From assembly GCA_964187785.1 (NCBI GenBank), contig OZ076409.1, positions 23,004,001-23,068,000 on the forward strand: a DNA stretch of 64,000 bases. Direction: 5' to 3'. The position numbers and the translations under genes were made by a program. Positions within the stretch are counted from its first letter, which is position 1; each line of letters opens with the position of its first letter. Under the pieces are notes generated by a model. The model made no database searches. It worked only from the letters and a program-made list of their open reading frames with translations, and had not been told where the DNA came from. Below, piece after piece: positions 50,424-61,600 of this stretch. The DNA is from Amphiscolops sp. MND2022 (lineage: Eukaryota).

Positions 50424-50750
50424 CAGGGGTGTTCAATAAATAATTATGAGTAAAAATAATTGAAATGAATAAAATAAAATAATTTACTTCTACACTCAAA
50501 TGAACAAAAATAATTATTTTTGAACCTGTTAAAAGAAAAATAATTATTCTTGAGGTAACTAAAACTAACTAAGAACGTTTAATTCAACATATCGTCACCC
50601 ATATAAATTCGAATATACAGAAATCTTGAGCTAATTTCCAGCTTGAGCTATAAATTCTTTTGACAAAAAATATATTTTTTTCTAATATGAAAATAAAATA
50701 CTTGATTTTAAGGCAACAAGAATATTCGAAAAAAGTATTCAACACCCCTG
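50424..50750. mobile_element. hAT-type MITE (copy 1)
   Basis: TIRs CAGGGGTGTTCAATA / TATTCAACACCCCTG; perfect 8-bp TSD ACTGCATC. Confidence 0.9.
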
Positions 50751-51922
50751 ACTGCATCCCTTTTTGATGTGAAAAAAAGTTGATCGTGGTTATTTTCTTT
50801 CACAGCGATAGGAAGGCACTTTTGAAGATCCACTGCATCCCTTTTTGATGTGATGCATCCCCATTCGTTATTTTTCACTGCGATACGAAGGCAAAATTGA
50901 AGGTTCAATACGCCACAGCATCCTTTTTTGATGATGAAAACAGTGATGTCCATGTTCCATAACTAAAAAGAAATGAAAACTATTAAATCTGTAAACTGGG
51001 TATACTGAATTGATTTCAAATTTTACGGCGAATTGCGCAGTAGAATCGAGGAACTAATTACTATACATGGTGGGAAGAATCTATAATTGGATAATAAAAC
51101 ATGCGAGCGTGTAAATAGAAAGTTATGGTCCACGAGTTCAAACCAAATTTGTTCGTTTATTTTTGTGGATTCTTCACAACAATAGGACAGCTATGAACCT
51201 ACGTTTGTAAACTCCGTACAAAAACGGTTTGAATTTATTTGTATTTGAATTATCGAATTACAAAATTAATGGTAACCTATGATTGCATCAACCTTCAACT
51301 GAAAATTAAGAATATGGTCCCTAAACAATTGCTCCCGGAGTCGTTACAAAATATTGGGAAGGATCTTTTTTGCATCAAAAAAAATGAACTAATCGAACTC
51401 CATTAAAACGTACGAAAAAGCCACAAAATTACCTGACATCACGTATTCGGAAGGATCCAAAACACAGCCTTTTTTCTCAACTTCTTCAATGTATGTCGCC
51501 TTATGGTTTTGAAAAGCTATCAATCAAAAAAAATATTCTTTGATAAAAGAGGTTGTTATCAATCAATCATTACTTAGACCAAAGTAAGAATAGTATACAA
51601 TTGAACAATCAAATTCGTGTTAGTATTTATTTGTGTGCAATACAACGGCATATAGGGGATGGTAGCGCAGTTGATATTTCACATGAGTATGCACTGAAGC
51701 TAGACGCGTTGTCTACCACCGGATCGAACCTCACATATACACTCTTTGGCGACTCTATACAGACCATCGTTTCACTTCACAGCGATTGGAAGGCATAATT
51801 GAAGATCCAATGAACTCAACTGCGCTACTGCATCCCTTTTTGATGTGGAAAGGATAAATCAGTTGTTGATCGTTATTTTCCTTTACAGCGATAGGAAGGC
51901 ACAATTGAAGATCCACTGCATC

Positions 51923-52271
51923 CAGGGGTGTTCAATAAACAACTTTACCTAAGAATAATTGAAATGAATAAAATAAAATAATTTACTTCTACACTTAAAT
52001 GAACAAAAATAATTATTTTTGAACCTGTTAAAAGAAAAACAATTATTCTTGAGGTAACTAAAACTAACTAAGAACGTTCAATTCAACATATCGTCAGCCA
52101 ATTAAATTCGAACATACAGAAACAGCTTTTGTTGATATCCGTTTTTCGCTGAGAATACAAATATTTCTTTTAACAAAAAAAATAATGAAATTGTTTATTT
52201 TTTCACTATGAAAACCAAATAATTCATTTTTAGGCAACGATAATTATCTAATAAAATATTGAACACTCCTG
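51923..52271. mobile_element. hAT-type MITE (copy 2, same site in the duplicated unit)
   Basis: CAGGGGTGTTCAATA / TATTGAACACTCCTG; same ACTGCATC TSD. Confidence 0.9.
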
Positions 52272-52905
52272 ACTGCATCCCTTTTTGATGTAGAAAAAGA
52301 TCAGTTGTAAATTTCCTTCACAGCGATAGGAAGGCACTTTTGAAGATCCACTGCATCACTTTCTGAACTGCAAAAAGATCAGTTCTTTGTTGGTGCTTTT
52401 CACAGCGATAGGAAGGCATTTTTGAAGATCCACCGCATCTTTTGATGTGGAGAAAGATCAGTTGATCCTTGTTAATTTCTCTCACAGCGAGAGGAAGGCA
52501 CTTTTGAAGATCCACTGCATCCCTTTTTGATCTGAAAAAAGATCAGTTGATTGTTGGTACTTCTCAATAAGATAATAAATGGGATATAATTGGATAATAA
52601 AACATGCGAGAGTGTAAATCGAAAGTATTGGTCCACGAATTCAAAACAAATTTGTTCGTTCATTTTTGTGGATTCTTCACAACAATAGGACTGCTATGAA
52701 CATACCTTTTAAAACCTCATGCAAAAAAGGTTTGCAATTTTGATTCAATTGAAAAAAAAAACAAATGAATAAATACTTTGCAATTTTGTAACTAATGAAA
52801 AAATACAATGATCTTTGTAATCGCGTTGCCTAAGCTCGGTAAAAAGAATTTTCGAGTGGTTGCTGTATCTTCAATTATCTTGGAACATATGGTACTGTTC
52901 GATCT

Positions 52906-53400
52906 CTTAGTTGAACAATTTGGGACCATGTGTTCAATTCCCCCCAGGTACACCTTGCTGCGAATTTCCCCCCCGAACACGAAAGCACATTTTGTTCTTG
53001 AATAAAAATATTTCACTAGTAAGAGAATATTATATGAAAGTATATACTCAGAGGGTTGCCTCTACAACTGTTTGGACTCTTCAGGTAAAAAAATTACCAA
53101 AATGTTTTGATATTATTATCCAAAATAGCAGAAATTTGCGTTTTAAACAAACTAAAATTGTATAAAAAGGCCCCGAATTCAGCGCAAATTTTGTCCGCTA
53201 TAAAATCAAATTAGCAACTTTTAAATGACAGTCAATGTAATGGATAGGATTATGTCGACATCAATTATTATATTGGACCAAAATTTCAACGCAAACTATG
53301 TCGACATAATGGTTTTTGAACCTTCTGTCTTATTTCCTCCCCCCGCCGCAGTTTGAGGAGGGCGGAATTGAACACATGGTCCACAATTTGTTCAACTAAG
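52906..53400. mobile_element. MITE-like element with ~36-bp TIRs
   Basis: CTTAGTTGAACAATTTGGGACCATGTGTTCAATTCC vs GGAATTGAACACATGGTCCACAATTTGTTCAACTAAG; TSD not resolved. Confidence 0.7.
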
Positions 53401-53603
53401 TAGGTATCTTGTCAACCTATTGTTGATCATTGTTCTTTTAACCGCTACCACATTGCCCCGCCGGCAATTGACGGTTGGGAATTTCCATTAATATACTAAT
53501 ACAAGTAGTAAAAAGAACAACTAAATTTGTTTATGTTTATTTGGTACAGTTGAAGTCATGCGCTGATGGAGCAATGGCAATGACGTCCCTGTACTTCATG
53601 AAG

Positions 53604-56600
53604 TCAGACTGCAGCCAAGGCCTGACTTCGAAAGAGCGGGTGGTGAACTTTTTTTCTGTAAGGCTCCATTCTGAAACAGTAACATGCAGTCGTAACATCT
53701 GGGAGCAAGTGTCTACGGGAGGGGAACCATTGGATGACTTGGAAATTCGGGAGCATACAAATTGAAAGAAGATTTTTTTGAATGCAGATTTTGGACAACG
53801 ATTACTTTGAAGGTGCAACTTCCTTTGAATGCAAAGGTACCATTTTATTCAAAACCAATTACCTCTTCGGTGGGTTCGGAGCGGCTGCGGAGTGGCTGCA
53901 ATCTCTCGAGTGACCAAGGTGAGACTGTGTACGGCCTCGCAGAGATCTTCTTCATCATACGGTGGCTGGTTGCATGGGGGGATGGCTGGTTGGAAATTGG
54001 AACCGACCATGATCATCGGTTTTCAATTCAGGACAGGGGCCAAGTTCGTTTTCTTCAGGGAGACGGTCAAGAAACTTCCTCCTGAATATCGTTCCTTGCT
54101 TGGCTCCTCGTCGAACACAGCCATGTTGAAGGCAGGGAACACCTGTAACAAACACAACTTTTATCTTAACAATTTTATTGGGACCTAAATACTATTGAGA
54201 TACTGTCAGGATACATATCTACCCCTCGTAAAATTTATCAATTTTGGGATTGCTCACAACAACAAAACAACGAGCATGTTTGTTAGAATACTTACTTCTG
54301 TAGTGGAGGCTTCTCCGTTCTTCATGTGTTCTGCTACTTTTTGGAAGAGGTGCCTGTACTCATCACCCAAGTAGTTGGGGCGCAGCTTGCGGTAGTTGTA
54401 CAGCAACACACTCCACACTGTCGTCAAATCGGGATATCTGGAATACATAAATATTATACTCAAGGTAACAATTTACAAGAGAACAATTGGTGGAGGGGTG
54501 GTAGATGTGACACTTATAATGTTCTATTGAGTATGCATTAATATTTCCCAACTTCAAACTTATGTTCCCTGACATATTGCTCCCGGAGTCGTTACAAAAC
54601 TTTCTGCATTGTTTAATGTCCTTCACTTTCTCGTTTCAGCTATATAGATGGTAAAGGAAGTATAGTGATGTTGTATATTTTCTATATATAAAACTTTACC
54701 GCGTATCTTCTTCAATGTCGAAGTGGGCATCCACAATTAGTCTACTGTGCCCAAAACTCAGGAAATTAGCACCGAGTGCCATTGAGTCGCCGTGGGTAAG
54801 GACACAGTGAATCCACTTTGAAGGCAGAACAATGGCATCACCTGCCCTTGCATGGATCCTGTGACAGCCCCCCTCTAACGTCTGCAGGTCTCCAAATGAT
54901 GTTGTTCTAAATATCACACATAAAAAACACAAATGAGGGGTTTTGATAGAATTCAGTTGAGTGTTTATTTTCAGCATTACCCGAAAAATGACAATTTTTT
55001 TCTAAAGAGATTGTCTACTTTCTATACACTAAACGAACATAGATTTTAGGGAAATGACGTGAAGTAGGATGTTTATACTTACAGGCTGCGAGGGTCTTTC
55101 TCACTGTACTGCTGAAAGAGTTGCAAGTTCTTCTTTGTTGGCTCAACAAGCCAGAAGATTTTCTCACCGAGCAGTACCACGTAGAAAACTGACGTGCTTG
55201 CGAAATCAATGTGCCACGGGGTGACACATTTGTCGTTGGATAGCAGCAGGTAGTTCCACGTGCTCTCCGTCAAGTACTCATCGCTCTGAGAACCTGCCAG
55301 ATTTGACTCAACATAGCGGTCGATTGCAGCATTTCGTACCGCAGTAGGTGGTGAAAACATCTAAAAACGAATGTACTTAAACTACCTAAAATGTGAAAAT
55401 TGATTTCTTATATCTTAAGAAGAAAATTTCGCAGAGTCGTTTACATATGGGATTTGGGCACCTATAAAAATTGTCAGTGACTTTCAAAGGTGTTTAAAAA
55501 TTATTTTTTTTTCACTTTACTGTTTAACTAGTTTCGATTTTATCTAAATATCTCATTACCGCATGTTGAAGGGTGGCATCTAGCACGTTGACAGGAAAGA
55601 GTCCTTCACGGGCTGCTTCTGGGCCGGAACGCTGTTCCGCCAGATTCTCCTCTCTGGTCAAACTTCGTATCTGCAAATACATTTTGTACTCTAGTTCAAA
55701 TGATTTTTTGTTGAATGTGAAAACGCAGTAGAATTGAGACAATAGTGACTAAATGTTGCGAAGAATCTACCACTGGATAATAAAACATTGAAAATTTAAT
55801 TTGAAGGTAGTGGTTCATGATTTTAAAGCTACACAAAATTTACATTTTTTGTGGATTCTTCGCAAAAATGTGATTTGAACAATTTTGTTTTGGCTGCGAG
55901 AACGCAGTAAAAATGGGACAATAATGATAAAACACGTTGCGAAGAATCTACCACTGGATAATAAAACATTGAAAATTTATTTTGAAGGTAGTGGTTCATG
56001 ATTTTAAAGCTACACAAAATATACATTTTCGTAGATTCTTCGCAAAAGTATGATCTGAACAATTTTGTTTTGGCTGCGAGAACGCAGTAGAATTGGGACA
56101 ATAATGATAAAACACGTTGCGAAGAATCTACCACTGGATAATAAAACATTGAAAATTTAATTTGAAGGTAGTTGTCCATGATATTTCACAACGATACAAA
56201 TGAAAACTTTTGCGGATTCTTCACAGCGATAAATATACGCGTTTGTGTGCGTGCTCTTAAATCCAGGAAAGTTTTTCTGTAAACCAACCGCACTTTATAG
56301 TTTAAAATCTCACCTCGTTCACTCTGGCCGACTTTGCAGAAATGGGGACATCCGGGTTGGCAACATGCTGCAACAAATGTCCTGCTAGAGGCAGAAACTG
56401 AGTTGCCTTGTCCTCCGGAACATGGGGTATGACGAGGCCTTCTGCGTTGTCCCTGGCACCTCTCCACAAGATGGGGAAATCATGGGCCAAATAACAGAAG
56501 ACTTTCTTCGTCTGATCTTCCACGGCCGCATTCCAAACAACGCACTTTGGGACGGTGCTCTGACGCGTCCCCTCGATGTGCTCGTAGTACCTAAGAACAA

Positions 56601-57460
56601 AAAACAACTACTTTTTTCCTAGTACAATTAAAGGTCTTTATTATTCTGGCACGGATTAAATATTCATTTTTATCTACCTATAGGTATGAAAAGGTATTTT
56701 GACATCTGTTGTATTCTGGTAAGGTCAGCTATAGTTTTAACAAAAAAAGTATTCTATTTGACTTTCATTTCTTTCAAACTTGCAATAACATATTATGCCA
56801 AATAATACTTGAGTACTCTATGTATTCTGTAGCATAGCTATCAACTCGAGTTTCCCTCACCTGTAAGTGCCGTCCTTAGCCGACTTTCTGGGGAACCGGT
56901 AGAAGTTCATGTCCTTGAACCTATGATTCGGCACTCGCTCCAGATTGCACAGCAGATTGCTCCGGGAAGAAAACTGCTGTTCACAGCCCTCACAGCTGGT
57001 TGGCTTGAGTTTCCCCGTTACAGTCTCTGGAATAAAAGAAAAACTTCAAAACAACTTCAAAACATGGGCGTTACGTTTCTATACCGCAAGCACAACTATC
57101 AAACTATCATTAGTTTCTCAAAAGTGTAAAAGATACTTGTAACCATATATAGCAAGACCGTTTCTCTAGGCAGGTTTGTAATGACATCGGTAACTTACTG
57201 TAGTTCTTCAGAGCTGGGAAAAGACCTTGAGCCAATTCACTTGCCCTCTTGGCACAGCTCTGGGTCTGCTGATGACGTTTGAGGGCATCTTTTGTCGACA
57301 CAGGTTGTAGACACAGGTTGCAAGTGAAGCTACCACTTCCGCTGGCCACCTCCGGCACCGGCTTGGATCCTTCGCATTTTTGGACGTGTCTGTTGTAATT
57401 GAACAACCTGGTCGACTCATAAGGGCACTTCGGACACTTCATCTGGGGCTTTGGCGGCAT
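53604..57460 (-). CDS. Multi-exon C2H2 zinc finger + JmjC (KDM2/KDM7-PHF8-like) gene; exons 1-7 intact, tail possibly decayed
   Basis: Exons 57460-57199, 57026-56861, 56590-56314, 55670-55560, 55360-55083, 54906-54700, 54437-54296, 54142- are phase-compatible. TPWHIDFASTSVFY...GEKIFWL and LPSKWIHCVLT...GANFL retain H-x-D...H and the 2OG lysine. In-frame TGA at 54023-54025 in exon 8. Confidence 0.88.
55720..56225. repeat. ~180-bp tandem repeat x2.8 in a JmjC intron
   Basis: GTTGCGAAGAATCTACCACTGGATAATAAAACATTG at ~55755, 55936 and 56116. Confidence 0.93.
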
Positions 57461-58371
57461 TTTCTGGTTTATGAAAAAAATTATTTTAGTTTTTTTAATT
57501 TGTTTCCTTATGATCTGTTTCCATATTTCCTTACATTTATCGCGCTCATGGAGCCGTTACAACCACCTGGCTAAACATTAACTTGTTGTTCTCTATCCGT
57601 TGCGCACATGGAGTTGTTACATCAAACTAAACATTTGTTTTTAGTCCTGTTGTCATCCTGCTCATGGAGTCGTTACGAGGGATTCTCAAATAACATATGA
57701 GCAATTAGCATAAAAAATAGTTTCAAATAACATAAAATTGAAATGGGTTTCACTGGACATAAAAAGAAAATTGTTTGCGAGAAAGTTTCAGTGGTCAAAA
57801 GCATTCAAAAATCAGAAGACTCCCTGAAAAAAGTGTGGAAATTACAGATTAAATTTTCTGAGTTCGATTGTTTAACCGGGTATTCGGATTTATTTTTATT
57901 TGAAACTAATTGCATTTTTATGTTATTTGACTCTAATTTTGTTTTTATGCTATTTGCACTTATGCTATTTGGTACGTAATCGTTATTTGAAACTAATTTC
58001 TTTTTGTACTGTTATTTGTTCATGTTATTTGCACTTATTTTCTAAACATTTGTGTTATATCTTATTTTCATCGCGCTCATAGAGTCGTTACATCTGACTA
58101 AATGTTTTTTTCATGTCCTATATTCATCGCGCTCATGGAGTTGTTACAAATGGCTAAACGTTTTTTAAACTGGAACAGCTGCAAATTTTGGGACGGCAAA
58201 GCTTTATTGTACCAAAAATAAAACCTGACTTACCTTACTCGAAGATTGAATTTGATTGTTCAAATTGAAGTTCTGCAGTCTTCTTGTTATGTTCAGATTG
58301 ACGACTGATTGTCCGCAGCAATGTTTGTTAAATAACGTTATTGAATAAAGCGAGGGATTCCGAACACCAAT

Positions 58372-58692
58372 TTCTGCGCGTCATGGTCACGTGACAAAAA
58401 GTTCATCTAATTCCAAGTACATGTAACGATTTTGGATCAAGCGAGGTATTTTGTTTACGTGACTCACTCAATTCTGCGAGTCATGGTCACGTGATAGAAG
58501 GAAGAATAAGAATAAGAATGAAATTTTAAAGATTTGGAAATTTTAGAGATTTGTATAGAGCGAGGGAAGAAATGAGTGAAAAAATGAATGAATTCACGAA
58601 GAAATTTCAATTTCGTAAATCTTTTTACGAACCATGTCGGGACTGAACGAAATTTTCATCGACCGGAACCAAAAGATCTGCTGTGACGTCAT
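58372..58692. promoter_or_regulatory. Candidate promoter motifs upstream of the JmjC gene
   Basis: TTCTGCG.GTCATGGTCACGTGA (E-box) twice, 100 bp apart; TGACGTCA at ~58684; possible 5'UTR intron ~57464-58232. Confidence 0.35.
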
Positions 58693-61600
58693 AGGTATAT
58701 GTATTGCATTAACTGTAGTTAACGAATGACTTCGTTCGCTCACAACAATACAATCTATTTGAACGCTCCTGCAGTTGTTACAAAAAAAACACTTTTTAGA
58801 AATGTTTTAGTTTTAAACTGGTAAATGTTTTAGTAATAAATAATATAGGAATGTTTCATTACAATACGCTTTTTTAAAGTTGGCAAAAAGGGGGGGCATC
58901 TATTTTAAACATTCTACCTAAACGCTCCTGGAGTCGTTACAAAATTATTTGTTTCATTACAAATTTGTATTTATTTTAAACATTCTACTTAAACACTCCT
59001 GGAGTCGTTACGAATTTTTTATGATCAGAGAGAGTTTACGCAATTTGTTATACAGGGCAACGTATTTTTTACATGTAATAATACGCGCACAAAACTTTAT
59101 ATATGTGTCCAATGTAACGGCATAATGGGGGGTGGCGCAGTTGATAGTTCCCGTGTGTATGTAGTGGAGCTTGATGCGTTGTCTACCACTTATTCGATCC
59201 CCACCCATAAACTTCCAGGTGATTCGATGCAGACTACTCTGCATTCCCTCCTCCACTGTATTGATTGAGCAGAAGAGTGTGTTCCGCTTCACAATGATAG
59301 CAAGAGCCCGCATGGAAGGATCACTGAGCCACTGCATCCCTTTTGATGCACGGGACAAATAGAAAGTTTTTTTATTTTGACAAACATGGGGGGTATTTAT
59401 TTGAAACTTTCTACTTAAACAATTCTGAAGGCGTTACAAAATCATTTGAACCATTACAATTTATAGGAAGTTTTTAGACGGCAAACAGGGGATTTACATT
59501 CTGAAAACCATTTCAAATTATTCAACAAAATAATTCATATACAAACGGAAGGATCCACAAATTAATTTTCTTTCGTTGAATTATTTTTGGTTGTGAATTA
59601 TTGGTTGTGAATTATTGGTGGTGAATTAATATTGGTATTTCGGTGAATTCATACGAAACGAAGAATCCACAAAAATATAGTACCTCCAATAAGTGACCTA
59701 ATCAACGAAGAATCCACGCCAACTAATAATTGCTTAGTGAAGAATCCACACAATTTCAAGAATCGAGAGAAACGAGAGAACTTTCATTTTGGCGATTCTT
59801 CGCAGGTTACACACGGTATTAGTGCAAGAATCCAGAAAAAAATTTCACTCCACTTTTGTCAATTCTTGAAACGCATGTGTTATAATGCAGTTCAAGAATC
59901 CACATAAGACTACAACAGATTTGTTGCAGTCACCGTTTTTCCCCGATTGGCGTCGTAATGGATATTCCTTTCTTTCAAACGTGAGAGTAACATTGGCCAG
60001 CAGCGAAATTGTGAAGTGCCATCGGGGACAAAAGTCGAGTCCGAGAAATCACGTGAACAGCAAAAACCATCGGAGAGGTCAGACTTAACACTTGGTACGA
60101 AGGTACATTGGTCTATGGAAAAAAACTATCCACCCAAAATCAACTTATCATTCCTGATGTGCTGCCTGATGACATGTTGGTTTTTCTGCAAGGCAGGACA
60201 AAGGTCCCTATTAACAATCTATACAGAACACGTGTCAAACCTGAACGGTGTTTACCAACTCCTCCGGACGAAACAAAGATGGGACCTTATCATGACCAAC
60301 AAATGGCAGTTCTATCAACTCTGAAGCATATCGCAAGCTCATATGACCATGTAGGCACACGTGAACTGCCAAAGACCCAACTGAGCTCAATATTGCCAAT
60401 TAAAGTCAGTTCAAATATCCCTGGAACTCGAAGAAAGGATCATGTGAATCACGGTCTCTTGAGTTAATGAATTCGAATTCTCTTGAAAACTTACGGTTAG
60501 AAACACTCAAACAATCGCATGATGCCATCGCTGAGTTCAAGCGCATTGTTCACGAGGGACAACATTGTTTAGATATAGCCGCTGAGGTAACTCACCTAGG
60601 TGATGAAATGTCTACGGAATTCGCCCAGCAATTGACAGTCATGAATCATATAGATAGACAAGCATTACTTTACGAACTCGAGTTGCTCGATAGGTTGATT
60701 CAACAATTGCAATACGAGCATCTTAGACGAACTTCTGCCAGAAAGCCGCAGTGTGATGATTGTGGGTCTCATTGGCGTCTCAATTAGACTTGCGATCATG
60801 GACGCCATCAGTTACTTGACAATTATCTCAACAAAACAGTATCATTGAAGAACTTCAGTTCCAACCTGCACCCGGATCCGAGACTCTGGTGCTACCCACC
60901 GATTACAAAATTCTGGGTCCCGGCGTTGATATTGTCCTCGCAGACATCTGACCTGAAATACACAATGCCACGCCTTCGACATGAACGCCAGCTACTTAGA
61001 CTCAAACACAGGAGCTCCGCGGGCTCCTCACTTAGAAACTTCGACCATCACGTTTGTTCAATTGCGGCCAAACGAATGTCATGTTTCCTTTCACGCAGAG
61101 AAAAATCCGCATCAGCATATGTTGCATCAGCATCAGCATCAGAGAAAATGTTGCATCAGCATAGTTTGCGATTTTGCTTTGACGATCCATCTCATATTCA
61201 TTTGTTGAATAGACGTCATTCGCAGTCTCGAATGCAATGGTTATGTGCGAAAGGCAACAAAATACCTACCACTGATGTTAGAAATACTCCATTCCGCGGT
61301 CACATCTCTATCGTGCAACTACGGATGACTGATTAAGTTCTTGCAAAATCAAATCTACCTCACCGACAACTTTCTCGGCAAAGGGGGAGAGGGGGTGCCC
61401 TCAACCCCAAATTCATACTTTGACAATTCTTCATTGACGTATCTGTTGACTTTGGCTAGCTACTCTCACTTCCCTGGAACACAGTCCTTTTTTTCAACGT
61501 CTTTCTCAACGTCTTTATCAATCTCGGTTGCTGCCAAGTCTATCGAAAGTAACATCTGCCAAACGTGGTCTACACCAACTTTATCACATTGACCCGCAGT

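Larger units (their letters stand above)
49620..52740. repeat. Diverged ~1.4-1.55-kb tandem duplication (2+ units) with internal ~65-bp satellite (CACAGCGATAGGAAGGCAC...GAAGATCCACTGCATCCC)
   Basis: Blocks starting near 49630, 51010 and 52590 are colinear. Confidence 0.85.
39494..59960. mobile_element. 20,467-bp TIR DNA transposon (Transib/CMC-like) carrying chromatin-related cargo genes
   Basis: Perfect 22-bp TIR CATTACGACGCCAATCGGGGAA (39494-39515 / 59939-59960); second 20-bp inverted block (39526-39545 / 59852-59871); GA on both flanks; internal DDE transposase. Confidence 0.9.

Noticed and set aside
50280..52545. CRISPR-like look of GAAGATCCACTGCATCCC repeats
   Set aside because: Intervening sequences are homologous to each other, repeats are degenerate, there are no cas genes and the context is eukaryotic; this is a minisatellite.
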